This document shows positions 1-13,411 of a stretch of DNA of 64,000 bases, piece after piece. Source of the stretch: Podarcis tiliguerta (taxonomy: Eukaryota); assembly GCA_965153285.1 (NCBI GenBank), contig OZ229115.1, one strand, 5' to 3'. The position numbers and the translations under genes were made by a program. The notes below the pieces were generated by a model. It was not told the origin of the DNA, searched no databases, and saw only the letters and a list, made by a program, of their open reading frames with translations. The stretch's first letter is position 1. Each line of letters begins with the position of its first letter.

Positions 1-217
1 GAGTTTATTGCTCATGTGACATTTTTTGAGTAGTAAAATGTATGCATCAGTATGCTTCCTGGGCTTCCAGTATAAGTGGCAATTTCTATACATGGTGGTT
101 TTGAAGATACTGATTAATAGTTTGGTATGCTTACACTGATCTTAGTCAGTGGCAATAACTGTTGCTTCACAGCCAAAGTGAATGAGTCAATATTTAGACA
201 GGGGGAAAAGTTTATCC

Positions 218-469
218 CAGGGGTCAGCAAACTTTTTCAGCAGGGGGCCGGTCCACTGTCCCTCAGACCTTGTGGGGGGCCGGACTATTTTTGGGGGGGG
301 GGGGAATGAATGAATTCCTATGCCCCACAAATAACCCAGAGATGCATTTTAAATAAAAGCACACATTCTACTCATTTAAAAACATACTGATTCCCGGACC
401 GTCTGCGGGCCGGATTTAGAAGGCGATTGGGCCACATCCGGCCCCCGGGCCTTAGTTTGCCTACCCATG
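218..469. mobile_element. Non-autonomous hAT MITE
   Basis: Termini caggggtcagcaaact / agtttgcctacccatg; degenerate 8-bp TSD gtttatcc/gtttataa; CpG-rich. Confidence 0.8.
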
Positions 470-2261
470 GTTTATAAGGGAGTTGGTTAATTCACACTGT
501 TAAATCTCTTGCCTTAGAGCTCTCATCACCTTTGTCAGTTCTTTGTAGATCCAGAAAGAATTAAAGTACAGGTTGAAGCAAAGTCCTGTTTTCTCTTCCT
601 GGAAAGCCCTGTATATAAAAAACCTACAATACAGTATGCTTAAGTGCTATTGAGTGCAATATGAAAAATCCAGAATAAGGAAAAAGGTATGCGATCCAAC
701 CCCCATGTTAGAAATCCAAAAAATATTTTTTGGGGGGTGGGGGTGGGGTGGGAATCCACAGCAGTCAGAGAGCAGCTGCCTGTGGCTTTCCTGGGGCTCT
801 GGGTCAGCAGTCACTGTGTACTACTTTTGCAGTGTGAGCTTTCGTGTTGGTATGCGAGGCTTCTGCCAAAGTTTTTGCTCATGTGCCATTTCTCCCTCTC
901 AGTCTCTGTTTCCTTGTGGCTTGCTGAAAGTGTTGCTGAAATGAACAAATGTTTTTCCGTGATTTGCCGTGCCTCAACTGTGAGTGATAATGGAAGTAAA
1001 ATGTAGGCGGGAACAAAACGGTTCAGTCCCTATCTTCAGCTTCTCAGACCTTGCTCCTCATGCTGGCTGACTTAGGCTTGGTTGTTTCTGGATGCCATAA
1101 ATAAGTTTGCAGAAGGCTTCTTAAACAATTGCCTTGTGATGTGATCTATCCGATAGATCTCGACTTCAGTTGAAGGCATAGTTATCTGTCATTGACTCTG
1201 AGGCTACGCAAGAAACTCAGGCTTGGATTTAACAGCACTTCCACTTTTCTGGCTTTAAGATCTATTCATTTAACACATCTAGCATTTCACACAGTGAAAT
1301 GATGAAACGAAGAAGAGAGAGGTTTGGAGCCCCATCTCTACGGATCCAGTAAGGATTGTTGTGTGAAATAGACTCAGTGCCTAGCTTATCTATTGGAGTG
1401 AAAAAATATAATATTAATCTGAATCTTGAGTGTCAGTTAAGCAATAGTTTAACAAATCCATGCTTTCATTTAAGTTTTTAGAATAGTCATACAGTTTGTC
1501 GGTCTTTTAAGCATAGATATAATTAATGTACTATCTTATTTTTATATAATGGGGCAACTTAATTGTTCTGTTTTTGCTCTCTTTGGTATGAAGTGAATAA
1601 AAGTTCATATTGAGCTTTCTGGTCTATTTTATTTCATAATTCGTATTTGTAGGGCTATTGATTCCAATTAAATATTCAGTATAGCTGAATTGTGGAGATT
1701 AGTGCCTTAAGTATTAGGAGTAAGTAAAGTTAACCTCAAGTTTCCCCATTAATGTATAAGTTCTTCCACTTTTAATATACATCTCCACATATGAAAGCAT
1801 CTTAGAAATAAAAAAAATAAAATATTGTGACTGCAGTCTGCTGTGAGCCACTGCCATGGAAGCGAAAAGCCACAGTCAGAGGTGCAGCTTGTGAGACTGT
1901 GGCCCATGGCTGCAAGTGACATTGAATGTGCATGGAATATGCCATTAAGTATGAAGATTATATAAGTGGAGGGTTATCTAGTTTTTCAGTCTTTTATAAA
2001 TTCCCATTCGATGCCCAAGAAGAGGTTAGCAATTGATGTTTTTATTTAACCTGTAGTTTACTCATTAGATGAATTTGGGCTGATGCATAAATATTCAATT
2101 ATGTGTAGCTTTTATGCTTTCCATGCCCAATCAGATACATGTGTCTGTTTAGGTGTAGGTCTGTTATTTGCTGTGTGCAACTTGTTTTCTTTAAAAACAA
2201 ACAAAAAGTACTTGACAGGATAATTTTGAAACTGACTGTTTCTGTTGTGGTGCTTTGTCAG

Positions 2262-2468
2262 AATCTCCTCTCCTTTCCTTTCCCACTGCCGAGGAAGTGA
2301 TGGGCACCAGCATGTGTTCTCTCCTACTTCTGCTCCAGGTCTGCAGCATCTTAAAATCCCATTTAGTGCTGATTGTGCCCTTGCTACATCTCCTCTAGTG
2401 TTTTACCTCAACCCACAACCTCAGAGCAACCCTGGTAGCCCTTGCTGCAGCAACCCACTTCAGTGGAG
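2262..2468 (+). CDS. MAST2: MAST2 alternative cassette exon, 207 nt, phase 2-2 (ISSPFLSHCRGSDGHQHVFSPTSAPGLQHLKIPFSADCALATSPLVFYLNPQPQSNPGSPCCSNPLQW)
   Basis: Acceptor tgctttgtcag with actgac branch-like motif at 2231; donor AG|gtaagg. Stop-free and splices in frame to 28089 (W-S-CRTSNRK). Resembles a recalled mammalian MAST2 isoform segment FSPTSAP...PFSADCALATSPL. Confidence 0.85.
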
Positions 2469-3452
2469 GTAAGGAGGAATTTAAAGTGGGAACATGTGTT
2501 CTTTAATCAGTAATGCATAACCTTTAACTTGGGTCATTTCAATAGTAGGCTTAGACTTTAAGGTATCTCTGCAGCATTCAAAATTTTGTCTGGGTCATGA
2601 AACATCTAAAATAAGAAAGGAAGCATTATTCAGAAACCTTGTTCTATTATCAGTCATAGTAGACCGATTATCTCCTCCCAGTTCAATAAGCATGTTCAAA
2701 ATCATTTGCATGCATGTGCCCCCCTTGTCTTTGCCACAGTTCTGTGTAATGCTTTTCTCATTTATAGATGGACCCTTAATAGAACTATACTTGTTTACAG
2801 AAGCATTATTTCTCTTTTTTTATTTTAATTAACTTTCCCTTTTAGTCATAACAGCTATGGGCAGAGCACTGCCTTCCTGCTTCTGCCCCCACTTCCCCCC
2901 AAAAAAAGAACTTTTACAAGCTCATTCAGGGCTGATCCTGTCGTTAGGCAGAGTGAGGTGACCACATTAGGTGGTGGATGCTAGGTGAGAGTAGTGGCAA
3001 CCACCAACTAATGTGGCGCCATATTGCTTCACCCACTGCATCACAGACACCATTTGAAACAACCCCCAAATTGAGCAAGCCAGCAGAAAGCTCAGACTGC
3101 ATATGCCAGCAGGCATTGCACACATGCATACATTGCTCAGCTTACATGATGCACACAGCCACACTGCAGCATTTGTTTGAGTGGACACCAGATGGGTGTT
3201 AGGTTGAGTGGTGGGGTAAGTTGCTGAAGGACAGAGCCAAGTATGGCATGTGGGCTGCCGTTCATCTCCCCAACTAGCTTGCTGTCCTCATGTGTGGTTT
3301 AGGATAGTCTTGTCACCAGCACTGAAGAATTTGCCTGATTGACTTCTTCATGTTGTGGCAGACACTAGTGTGTTCTTACTACATGTCCTTTGCCACCCTG
3401 AGCAAAGGAGGAAGGGCAGGATATAAAGTTAAGAATAATAAAGAAATATAAT

Positions 3453-3496
<44 letters not shown>
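3453..3496. repeat. (TTG)n microsatellite
   Basis: About 14 perfect units. Confidence 0.95.
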
Positions 3497-3919
3497 ATTA
3501 CCACCACCAGCATCACTATTTCTTATATGGCCTTCAACATAAATTCCCAGGAAACATTACAGCAATGTAAATACAATATTAAAATCAGTTAAAACAATTA
3601 AAAACAGTCAAAAGAAATAATGTAGGTCCTAAAACACATCTCACCATCTGCTACCTCATTCTGTTATTTTGTCCTACACCCCGGCAGCAGAAAGGCTTGA
3701 GCTGACCCTGCGTCCTCTTGAATGACTTCCACACTTATGTATTGCCTTTGCTCCATTCAGTGAATACAGACTAGAAGAAGCTGTGTCAATATAGATTGGG
3801 GGGGGGGGGAGAGTGGCTGAAGCATACAGATGTTGGCCTCTTCTCACCTCCTCTACAATTTTAAAACATAATTCTTACAGTCTTTCTATCTTTAACAAGA
3901 TATCTTATTTTCTAAAATA

Positions 3920-4153
3920 CAGTGGTACCTCGGGTTACAAACTTAATTCGTTCCGGAGGTCTGTTCTTAACCCAAAACTGTTCTTAACCTGAGGTGCGCT
4001 TTCGCTAATGAGGCCTCCTGCTGCCTCTGGCGTGCGATTTCCGTTCTCATCTTGGGGCAAAGTTCGCAACCCGAGGTAGCTACTTCCGAGTTAGTGGAGT
4101 TTGTAACCTGAAGCGTTTGCAACCCGAAGTGTTTGTAACCCGAGGTACCACTG
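3920..4153. mobile_element. Tc1/mariner (Tigger/pogo-like) MITE
   Basis: TIR cagtggtacctcgggttacaaac / gtttgtaacccgaggtaccactg; TA TSD on both sides. Confidence 0.92.
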
Positions 4154-6899
4154 TAAGTTACATTCAAGCCCGTCGCTAAAATGCTTTCTTCTTCACATGT
4201 TCCTTGTTTTAAGTGAATTAAATTTGCTATCATAATATCTGCTCATTTGTTCTTTCAAGTCAGCCTTTGGTAGTTTCACTATTTTTAATCCTCTTTAGTA
4301 GAACCTTTCCTCAGGCTTTCTGTTAACCAGCTGTTATGTTTGCATGTAGAGTAATAATTCAAACAAATTTGTGCATGCAAACATAAGGCCAGTTTTTCCT
4401 ACTAAATTGGGATAGATGCTTTGTTATGAACTACTTCTTTGTGGGCAGTGCACAAACAATCTTAGGTACTTGTTTGGTTGCATAAAGTTGTCCTATGAGG
4501 CAATCTGACGCTCTGTCATACTCATAACACCATGAAATAAAGCCAAGAAGCAGGCAGCAGCTCAAGGAAGAAGGTGCAACTTCTTTCACCTTCTCTCACT
4601 TTTACCAGGTTTGTTAACTTCATCATGCATACCATATCCCAAATTGTAGCTAAGCAAGAGTTTGAAGAAAATAGTGGGGTCAGTGATGGTGCTTTTCAGT
4701 TCTGACATATTGTCAGTTTGGCTGCCAGAAGCAGATAAGTAATAATTTATATGTCTTTCTCTCATATATCAATACAGAATTCAAAAATATTTGAATCTTT
4801 ATACATGGCTGCACATAAGAGATGATATTCAGTGAAGGTTTATTCAGTCACTCACCCCATTGAAATAAATGTACATGACTTTAAGTTAGGTACATTAATT
4901 TTAATAGGTCTGCTCTGAGTAAAAGTTGGATGAATCCCACCCAGTGTTTTTTTTTTAATCTAGTATAGTATTTTTTCTATAGATCAAGAGTTGTGTTACC
5001 TGTGAAGGCTCCTAGTCTTGACAACAGAGCAACAATATGTGTGGGTTGATGAATCCACTGTCACATCCTAAGGCTTCTTGGCTCATGTGGACTAGAGCAG
5101 AAGGTTAGGTGTGGGCTCTCCTCATGTTTTCCTGGGCCAACTCCAGGGTAATGCAGCTGAGGGGCCTGAGGGATGAAACCTTCTGGGGAACCACAGGGAT
5201 TTGGCTGCAACAATTGAGAGAGATATCAAAGTTTATTTTGAACACATGGTGTACCAAAATGAAATTATTGCATCAAAACGTCTGTATGAAAGTTCAATTA
5301 TAAAATCGAACAAATCTGTAATATTTGGTTGGGTAAAACCTTCAAGTTATTAAAGAGGAAGCATTGGATAATATGCAGAAACTTACATAAAAACCTTAGG
5401 CCTACTTCGTGCAGCAGTGTAACACCTGACCTCCTGACAAATGAGTTAAAAAAAGAAGGAAAAGGAAGTGATACTAATATGCTCTTTAAAGAATACTTTA
5501 GGTGGAATTCAAATGTTCCTTCTGTGCAAGCCTTTCAGCTTGCTAGATTGAACAATCCTCTCTCCTACCCCCCTAAAGGGCTTCCACTAATGGGGTTCAT
5601 TAAGTTCTGCCCTTAAAGTTGCACCTTAACTGGTAGAAGTTTGAAAGGCTGAGTCTTAAGAAGTCAACAAGTAAAGTTTTTGATAAAGTCTCTGTGTTGG
5701 AATCTGTTTTATTGCTTTATTAAAAAAAGAGACTTAATTGTTTTAAGCTCTTGTTTTTATACGTTTTATGATCTTTGTATGCCATCTTGTCCCAAAAGAT
5801 GGAAAATCTTTTAATAACTAATATTGATGTTGGTTTCAGCTTTTACTAGGGTGATCATAGCTTTTTGTAGTTTCAGAGGTACTGCCTTTCAGCTTTGTAA
5901 ATACACAATAGACGATAATCTGTTGATATGTAGTTGTGTCTAAAAGCACAGCTCTGTAATGATAATTTTCGAATTCCTTGCTTCACCTGTGCAGCTCTTA
6001 ATCCTGTTTTATCCATTTGTTCTTTGTTGTCATTTTATTTACTTGGATACCAGTCGGTTGCTCTTGCTGCTGATTTGGAATCTTAAGTTCATCCTGTCAA
6101 GTTATTTTCTGACAGCTACATTTGAACACCCACAATTGAGTTACATTGCAGCTACCTTAGCTCTGTAGGGAATTACATTGTCTGGTAATAACATTACATT
6201 GATTTGTCTGTGTTCTTCCATAAATGTTTACATAGGTTTTTTTTCCTTTCCTCTTGTTCTGGCGTAGTCAGCCTTTCTGTGCGGACAAACAGCTGTCTGC
6301 TTGCCTGATCCAGTTCTCTTGTAACAGTATCTGATAAAAGAAGTTTCCAACTTTAGGGAGGTCAAATATACTTAGAGTCAAACATTTTGTACCTCACATG
6401 TGTCAGTTAATATTAAGTTTTATAATAGTTTTGTAATTGCTTGAAACCAGACATTTAAATATGACCATGATAGCCTTGATTAACATTCAGGAACGAGGAT
6501 TACCCTTGTTCATTTATGTCTAATAACAAATCAAAACATCCCAAAGCTCCAGTTTCTATAATACCAGAAGTTTGGTTTTAAAGTATTTTCTGTGCTTACT
6601 TGGGCAAAGAGTAGAGAAGGAGGGAGAAATAAGAGAGCCAATACAAGCAAGATCTTGATGATAGAGTACCACTATTATTTACCCTGACAATTAATTTGTG
6701 GCAGGGCCTGGTACATATGCCCATAACTTGTTCAGCCCAGCTGCTGGAGAGAGTTAAACAGCCTGACTGCTGGGTAAAAAGGGCAGATTTTACATTAAGG
6801 ATAAATAGAAAGGAATGGGGGGGGGGGGAGACACACACTGCAAATTATATAAATATATAGTGCAGCCATGTTTGTAGTATCGTGTACAGTTCTTCTTGC

Positions 6900-7255
6900 T
6901 GCACTTCAAACAGAATATTGTAATGCTAGAATAGGTGCTGAAAAGGGCAACCAGAATAACCAATGAGCTCGAGCAACTCCCTTGTGAGAAAAGGTTACAA
7001 TACTTAATGCTTTCTAGTTTAGAAATAGGGTGACTAAGCAGGGGCATGACAGAGGTGCATAAAATTATGCATGGTGTAAAGAAAGTAGGGAGAGAGAAGC
7101 GTTTCTTTCTCATATAATGCTAGACTTCAGGGTCATCTAAAAAGCTGAGTATTGGTGCTTCTTTGAAATCCACTACCACAAAATGACCATTGACTGGTTT
7201 TTCAAAAGGGATTATACAAATTAATGGAGGATAAGGCTATCAGTGACTGCTAGGC
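6900..7255 (+). mobile_element. Decayed CR1 LINE 3' fragment
   Basis: Remnant of the CR1 ORF2 C-terminus (aaaagggcaacc...gagcaactcccttgtgagaaaagg...ggggcatgacagaggtgcataaaattatgcatgg) and 3' UTR. Confidence 0.75.
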
Positions 7256-8070
7256 ACAGCTTGGTGTAGTGAATCTCTGATTGAGAAAATCAGACTTTTA
7301 GCAATTAGAGGTATCTGAACTTCTAGCAAGTTATAAGATCAGCTAGTCATCATCAGATTTGTCTAACCTTAGCCCACCATAATGGTATTTATTTATTTAA
7401 ATATTTCTATACCACTGTATCCTAAAAATATCAATGCAGTTTACAACAATATAAAAACATAAAACCAAACAATAAAATTGTAAAAAGTTATAACCAAGTT
7501 AACTTTTAGTTGCAAAAAGCAAGTAAAAACAAGTTTCCCAGGTATGCCTCGGCAACTGCATCAAAGTCCATGCTTTTAAGAGCAATCTAAAAGCACCTTG
7601 ATATTTCAGATTTGTTGCTGTTAAGCGATCAAGGATGGTAGTTAATACATCTTTATAACAGAAGTGACTGGAGTTTGGATTTGTCAGCTTTTATTTACTA
7701 AGATTTATATACTATGGTTCAGTTAACAGGACAACTTGCAGTAAAATATAGTATGTGTGTATGTATGGTCTTAGGGTATATTGAAAAATGATATCAGTAG
7801 GTTAATTTAGGATGCATGTATTCTTAAATGGAGACACACTAGTTTAAACAGTTTATTTGGGGTAGAATATTGGTTGATCTCGGGTGTGGAGGATTGCTGC
7901 TTGACAGATGTCTGTGGAGTAACTATATTAAGGCTAAATGCTGCTTAGAAATTGTTCTGTCACAGCAGGTGGCAATTGCCAGTTTTAGTTGTTGCTTCTT
8001 TAAGCTTCCATTAGCTTTAAACATGATGAGTAATTGCTCAGTACCAAGTGGTATGATACTATTTTTTCCA

Positions 8071-8420
8071 ATGGAGGTTGACCGAGACATGCTTTATAAC
8101 ACAATAACTCCAGACTCATTGAGAACATATTGGGGCTTGGAGATGATGAGACATTATAGTTGTTTATTTCAGTTAGAAGAGCATGTGGTTTGGAGAGATT
8201 TGGAGCGTTCTTCTTTGGTAGCAGAAGCTTTTGAAATTTAGCCACAGTCCCAAGACTCTGCTTCTTGTGCTACTATTGGTTCTGCCATGTAAAAAGCCCG
8301 AAGCAGTTTCTGAGACAGATGTACTTCTTTTTTTCCAGCATACTAAAGAACTTCTATTTCTACTCTTATGGAGAACTCTACTCTTGAATTTACTCCAGTG
8401 CATTCTCTACGCTCTATAAG
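8071..8420 (+). pseudogene. Putative decayed alternative coding exon of MAST2
   Basis: One indel-free frame MEVDRDMLYNTITPDSLRTYWGLEMMRHYSCLFQLEEH...MENSTLEFTPVHSLRSI, broken by 4 stops (TAG, TAA, TGA, TAA), ending at a donor-like gtgaga. Confidence 0.45.
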
Positions 8421-11400
8421 TGAGAACTCATTTTAATGTTACACTGGCTGCATGGAGACTGGATGAAATAACTTGCATGAGTGGCTTCAACACCACTCAA
8501 GGCTCCTGCTGGCTGTTGTAGTGTCGTGGAGGCTATTCAGATGATGGTGAGCTCCACTGCTGCATTTTATGCTAAAAGAGCAATACATAATTTTAAAAAA
8601 TACTTAAATAACCAGATCCCATGCAGCCAGGAGAATGTCTCGGTAATTCAACTGAATGGGGCTGAATACATCTGTCTCTTCCATTGAATGTGCCAGTTTT
8701 CTGTGAAATACCTATGTGAAAGACCCTGTCATATGGTTGAATGGCTTAAGCATTCTCCCATCTATGCACCTCACCTTAAAGGTGAGGAATTTTCATTCTA
8801 TTGGGAGAATATTTAAAGGGCACTTGTAACAGACAAGGATGAGGAAATAAAAGTGTTTTTAAAAATCACCAGAACTTACAAAAATATGTAAACAAAACAG
8901 TTTCACCAAACTGAAGCTTTTGCAAAATGGTGGGAAGAATAGCATGGCTGATAGTATCAAAAGCTGAATGTCAAGAAGACTAGAAAAGATAATATGAGAT
9001 CTAGCGAGATTAAGCAAACTGCAAATGCATTCAAGGGCAGTTTCAGTTGACTGCTGGTGAGATTTTTAAATTTCCCTTGTTTAAAATAAATGAATGATAA
9101 ATATCCAAGAGAGGATTTAAAACAAACGAGTTGAGGCAGAACAATTTTATCAAATTTGGGACAGAAAATGTACAGTACCTTAAGATTATTAGCAGGAAGG
9201 GCAGGTTTGTTTGATGGGGTTTTTTAAAGGGAAGAAATAACAAGCATATATGAAATTATAATGGGAAACATTTGTGTGTGTATGAGCCAGCAATAGCAAG
9301 CAGGGGTTGTGGTCTGCTGCCACCTTTCACCAGTGTCATGAAGATAGGTTGCTGAGTCAATATCAGTGTTATACTGATAACATAGCCCTCAGCCTATGGA
9401 GGGGTTGCATTCCAGGGTTCATGCCTAAACCAAAACTGCATATAGTCAGAACACATTGCGGGCAGTGTCAGACAGGGTTGCCAAAGCCTTTTTTCTTTAT
9501 GCCTGTCCCCTTTCTGCCCCCCTTTTACTTTTTTTTTAAATTGCCAAGCACATAAAGCTGAATGCGCACAAGTTAAATGGGCATAAATCATGGTCTCACT
9601 GTACATCATTGTGAAGAGGTTGCCTTCAAATTTGAAGAACGATAGTAGGTTTTGAATATTTGACGTTAACTTGTATTGGTACACATAGGAAAAATGTTGA
9701 GCTTTGCCACTGAGTACATTCAAATTTTGTTTTGGAAAAATAAGGCGATTTTTTTCTCGTAGTAAATGTGTCAGCTATAATTAGGATAATTATGTGATTT
9801 TTAAAAGTATGAAAGAGTGCATATATAATTGCAAACACTATAGGTCCTTAGGAAGCTTGTTTAATTTTTTTAATAATTCAAACAATAAAGTAGTGCTTTA
9901 AAGTAACAGTGACTCAGTTCATGCACAAAACTACAACAAACCATGGCTTAGTGGAAGTGTGCAAGCTGCCCGAGAAGAGATCTTGGTTTTTGCTCCTCTT
10001 CCAGTACCCTGGTGCTGTACTGCTGTGAGCTAAGCCCTTGTTTGCCTTGGTATGTCATCTGCACCCAGATTCATGGCTTTGTCTCCTCCAGACAAACCAT
10101 GAGTGGTAAGCCATAGAATGAACCTTGTATACAGCTTGTAGTTTGCCTGATATGAGAAAAACTGAGCCCAGGTTCAGATGACACACTAAGCCAAATTATT
10201 GCTTAGCTCACAGAAGCAGGGTGGGGGACAGGGAACGGAGGAGGAGTAAAGTCCTCCTTTTATTGGGGCCAATGCTTTTCATTACACCATGCTTTGGATT
10301 AGCATTAAGTGCTAAATGGGTTATTAAATGTTCAGTTGGTGAACTAATACTTGTAGTTGAGAAAAGGCACTAATTACTGTTGGAAAAAGCCATCAGACAA
10401 GCACTATGGTACAGTATCTAACGACTTCACATGTCATAGATGACGACACTTTATAGGGAATGTAACCTAAGGAAAGATTTGGACTTGAATTCTGAAGTCT
10501 TTACACACATCTGTTTTGAACACTCCAGTTGGGTACAGCCTTTTTTCTGTAGCAGACTCCAGACCTGTCACGATGTCAGTACGTAAAATTATCTGAATTT
10601 TGCATTGCTATTCAAGCTATTGTAAAACATATTCTTATGCAAAAGAGCTTTGAAATACTCATGAGAATGATCTAAATTACAGAGACATATAATGACTATT
10701 GTAGATTTGTATCCAACTGATACATTGCCAGATGTAGATGTAGATGCAGTGGTAGATGTCTAGACATGTTTCATTTTGCTGCTGATATTTTTTTGGGCTT
10801 TTATAAAGAAGTACAATTTTAAAAATATAATACATATTCTGTAAAAGAAAAAAACAGAGCTTAAAATGCTGTGCAATTTCATCAAAAGATGCAATGAATG
10901 AAGAGTCATCAGCAAAACTAGGAAATGTTGTCCTATATTGGCCTGTTTTCATGTCACTGTAACCCAAAGTATGGATTACCAGGACTTTACAAACATGCTG
11001 GCTTCCAGGAGGAGCTTGCATCAGCTTTGCTCTTTTCTGGACTTTTTAGCTTGGCTTGGGATGTCAGCTAAGCCAAGTTTTGTTCTTTGCAGAAGGTCTT
11101 GGTTAAGGAGAAGAGACCTTGACCTTAATCTTGGGTTTGGATTATACCCAGATCCAGATGTTGACTTTGCAGCTATTCTGTGCTAAGCTAAAAAGCCTGA
11201 AGCGCAGCAGAGCGGGTGCAATCCTTGGTAGCCAGCATGTGCACATGTTTGCGCTTAGCCATGGTTTCACTGGGTTTGCAGCATGGGAATGTATCCATTG
11301 ATTGCCATTTTTTAAACTAGGCTGTCAATTTAACCACTTTAATTTGTAATCATTAAATATTGTTTGCTGCTGTTGCATTCCAACGTTTGCATGCTTTTTT

Positions 11401-12596
11401 TGCTGTTGTGCATATATATTGCAAGGGTTGTGAACTGTTATGGGTTCACTATTTTTGACAAAATTCAAAAGACAGAGTACGTTGTGCATCAAGTAACTAG
11501 AAATCATTTTGAGTGCCAGAGTTGGAGGTCCATGAGAAACCTGGAACACATTTGATGTCTACGGAATGCTTTGTGGCCCTTCCATTTGCTTCATTTTTTT
11601 GTGGCAGGTGGGGGGTGGAGTACAGGTGGGACTTGCCTTACTTAGAAAGATTCGTAAGGGTGATGTTTCCGTATTCTTATATTGAAAAACTGAATTGAAT
11701 TCAAGCTGTTTTAATATTGTAATCTCATACATTCAGCTTCAATAAGACTTCATATTCAGAGCAGTATAAAAAGATATTGGTATTAGAGGTAGATAAAAAA
11801 TGTTCAGTGAAAACATCCCAAAGACCTTTTCTTAAGCAGTGTTCACTTACAATCTATTCATTTCATCAAAATGGATCTTACCATTCTTATATAAATTATA
11901 AGCTTTATTAGATGATTTTATCTTCTGTCAAATTATTTGTTGGTGCCATTTTCTTTTCTCAGCCAGCTGCTTTCTTTATTAATCTCACTCTGCTATACAG
12001 ATCCACAAAAGGAAATTTATTTATTTTTTCAAAATAGGCTGCTTGAAGCAGCATTCTACTTTTGTAGTATAGAATCTGCAGGTAGCTTTTAAAACTCATA
12101 TTTATTTATTTATTAGAAGTAAAATGGATGGTCTTGGAAGGTGGTTAGCAATGAGAGAATGATTTACACAGGGTTTTATTTTTTATCCTCAATTGCAATT
12201 TATTCTTTGTGAAAGATTGTGTGTGTTTGTCTGTATTAAGCCTTTCATTGAATACCTTCTTAACAAAAGGTATATAACTTTCTAACTTTCTCTCTTGGCT
12301 AGTATTTTTTACGTATAACATGACATTGATCACTGTATCTTTTGTTCATGATTTTGAAAATCAAATTACTTATTACATGATTTAAGGTGTGATTCTAACT
12401 CCCTGATATTTATGGGTGGGCAGGCAAACTATGACGGCAGGCTAAATTTTTTGAATTTAAATATTTGGATAGTATCTTGCATTTGTATGTTGATTTTTTG
12501 TCTTTAGTAAAACAAGATGATCGTGAATTGTGTCATGGGGGGGCATTGATTATTTTCAGGGGGAAACTGTTTGCTATGTTTTTCATTACTATAGTA

Positions 12597-12869
12597 CAGG
12601 GGTCGGCTAGGTTTACCTCGCCTGGGCCGGTTTACTCCAGCGGAGATCCCTCTGTGGGCTGGATTGCACGCCCGCCCGCAATTTCCGGCGTTTGCGCAGA
12701 CGTGATTTCCGGTGCCGCGGAAGCGAGTCCCCACGCCGCACTGCACCGGTTTAGTGCAGCGGGTGGGGACTCACCAAGTGGGTGGCTCAGTTGGGGGGCA
12801 GTTTATGGGCCCGTTAAACAACCCCCGTGGGCCACTTGTGGCCCATGGGCCTTAGGTTGCCTACCCCTG
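12597..12869. mobile_element. Young hAT MITE
   Basis: Termini caggggtcggc / gcctacccctg; perfect 8-bp TSD ctatagta (12589-96, 12870-77); many intact CpGs. Confidence 0.9.
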
Positions 12870-13375
12870 CTATAGTAGCAGCAGCTCTTTTTTCTTTTTT
12901 ACCTGTTTGTGATGGTGATGGTGGCACAAGAGCTGGAATGGCACTTTGACATAACTTTACCTGATTTTTGGTGTGACAGGTCCAAACTCACAAATTACAC
13001 TATGCATGTTAAAAAATGCTTTTTGGTTTCTACAAATTCTCAGGCAGCACCAGGCACTACCTGCTAGTCTGCTATATATTTTGGAAAGTGGTTTGTCTGT
13101 CTGTGTAGTCTCCATATGTTTAGCTGCCTCGTGAGATATTGTTGCCAAACTCGGCACAAGGGTTTCCAAGACATACTTCTTGTTGATGTTTGACATGTGA
13201 CTTTAGGGTGAATTTGATTTTTTGGCATAGGTTCAGCAGCCTCTCGGGTTATCATCACCAAACTCAGCATGAGGATTGCTGAGGTGGGGATGGGGAGCAG
13301 TCTTCGTTGACCTTTGGGTGCCAGGCCCTATTTTGAATTAAGATTGAAGACCAAAATGTAATTTTGGCATGGCAG

Positions 13376-13378
<3 letters not shown>

Positions 13379-13408
<30 letters not shown>
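13379..13408. repeat. (AC)n microsatellite
   Basis: 15 units. Confidence 0.95.

Positions 13409-13411
<3 letters not shown>

Noticed and set aside
12465-12875. 136-aa ORF and CpG-rich patch as a promoter or gene
   Set aside because: Explained by a young hAT MITE with perfect TSD
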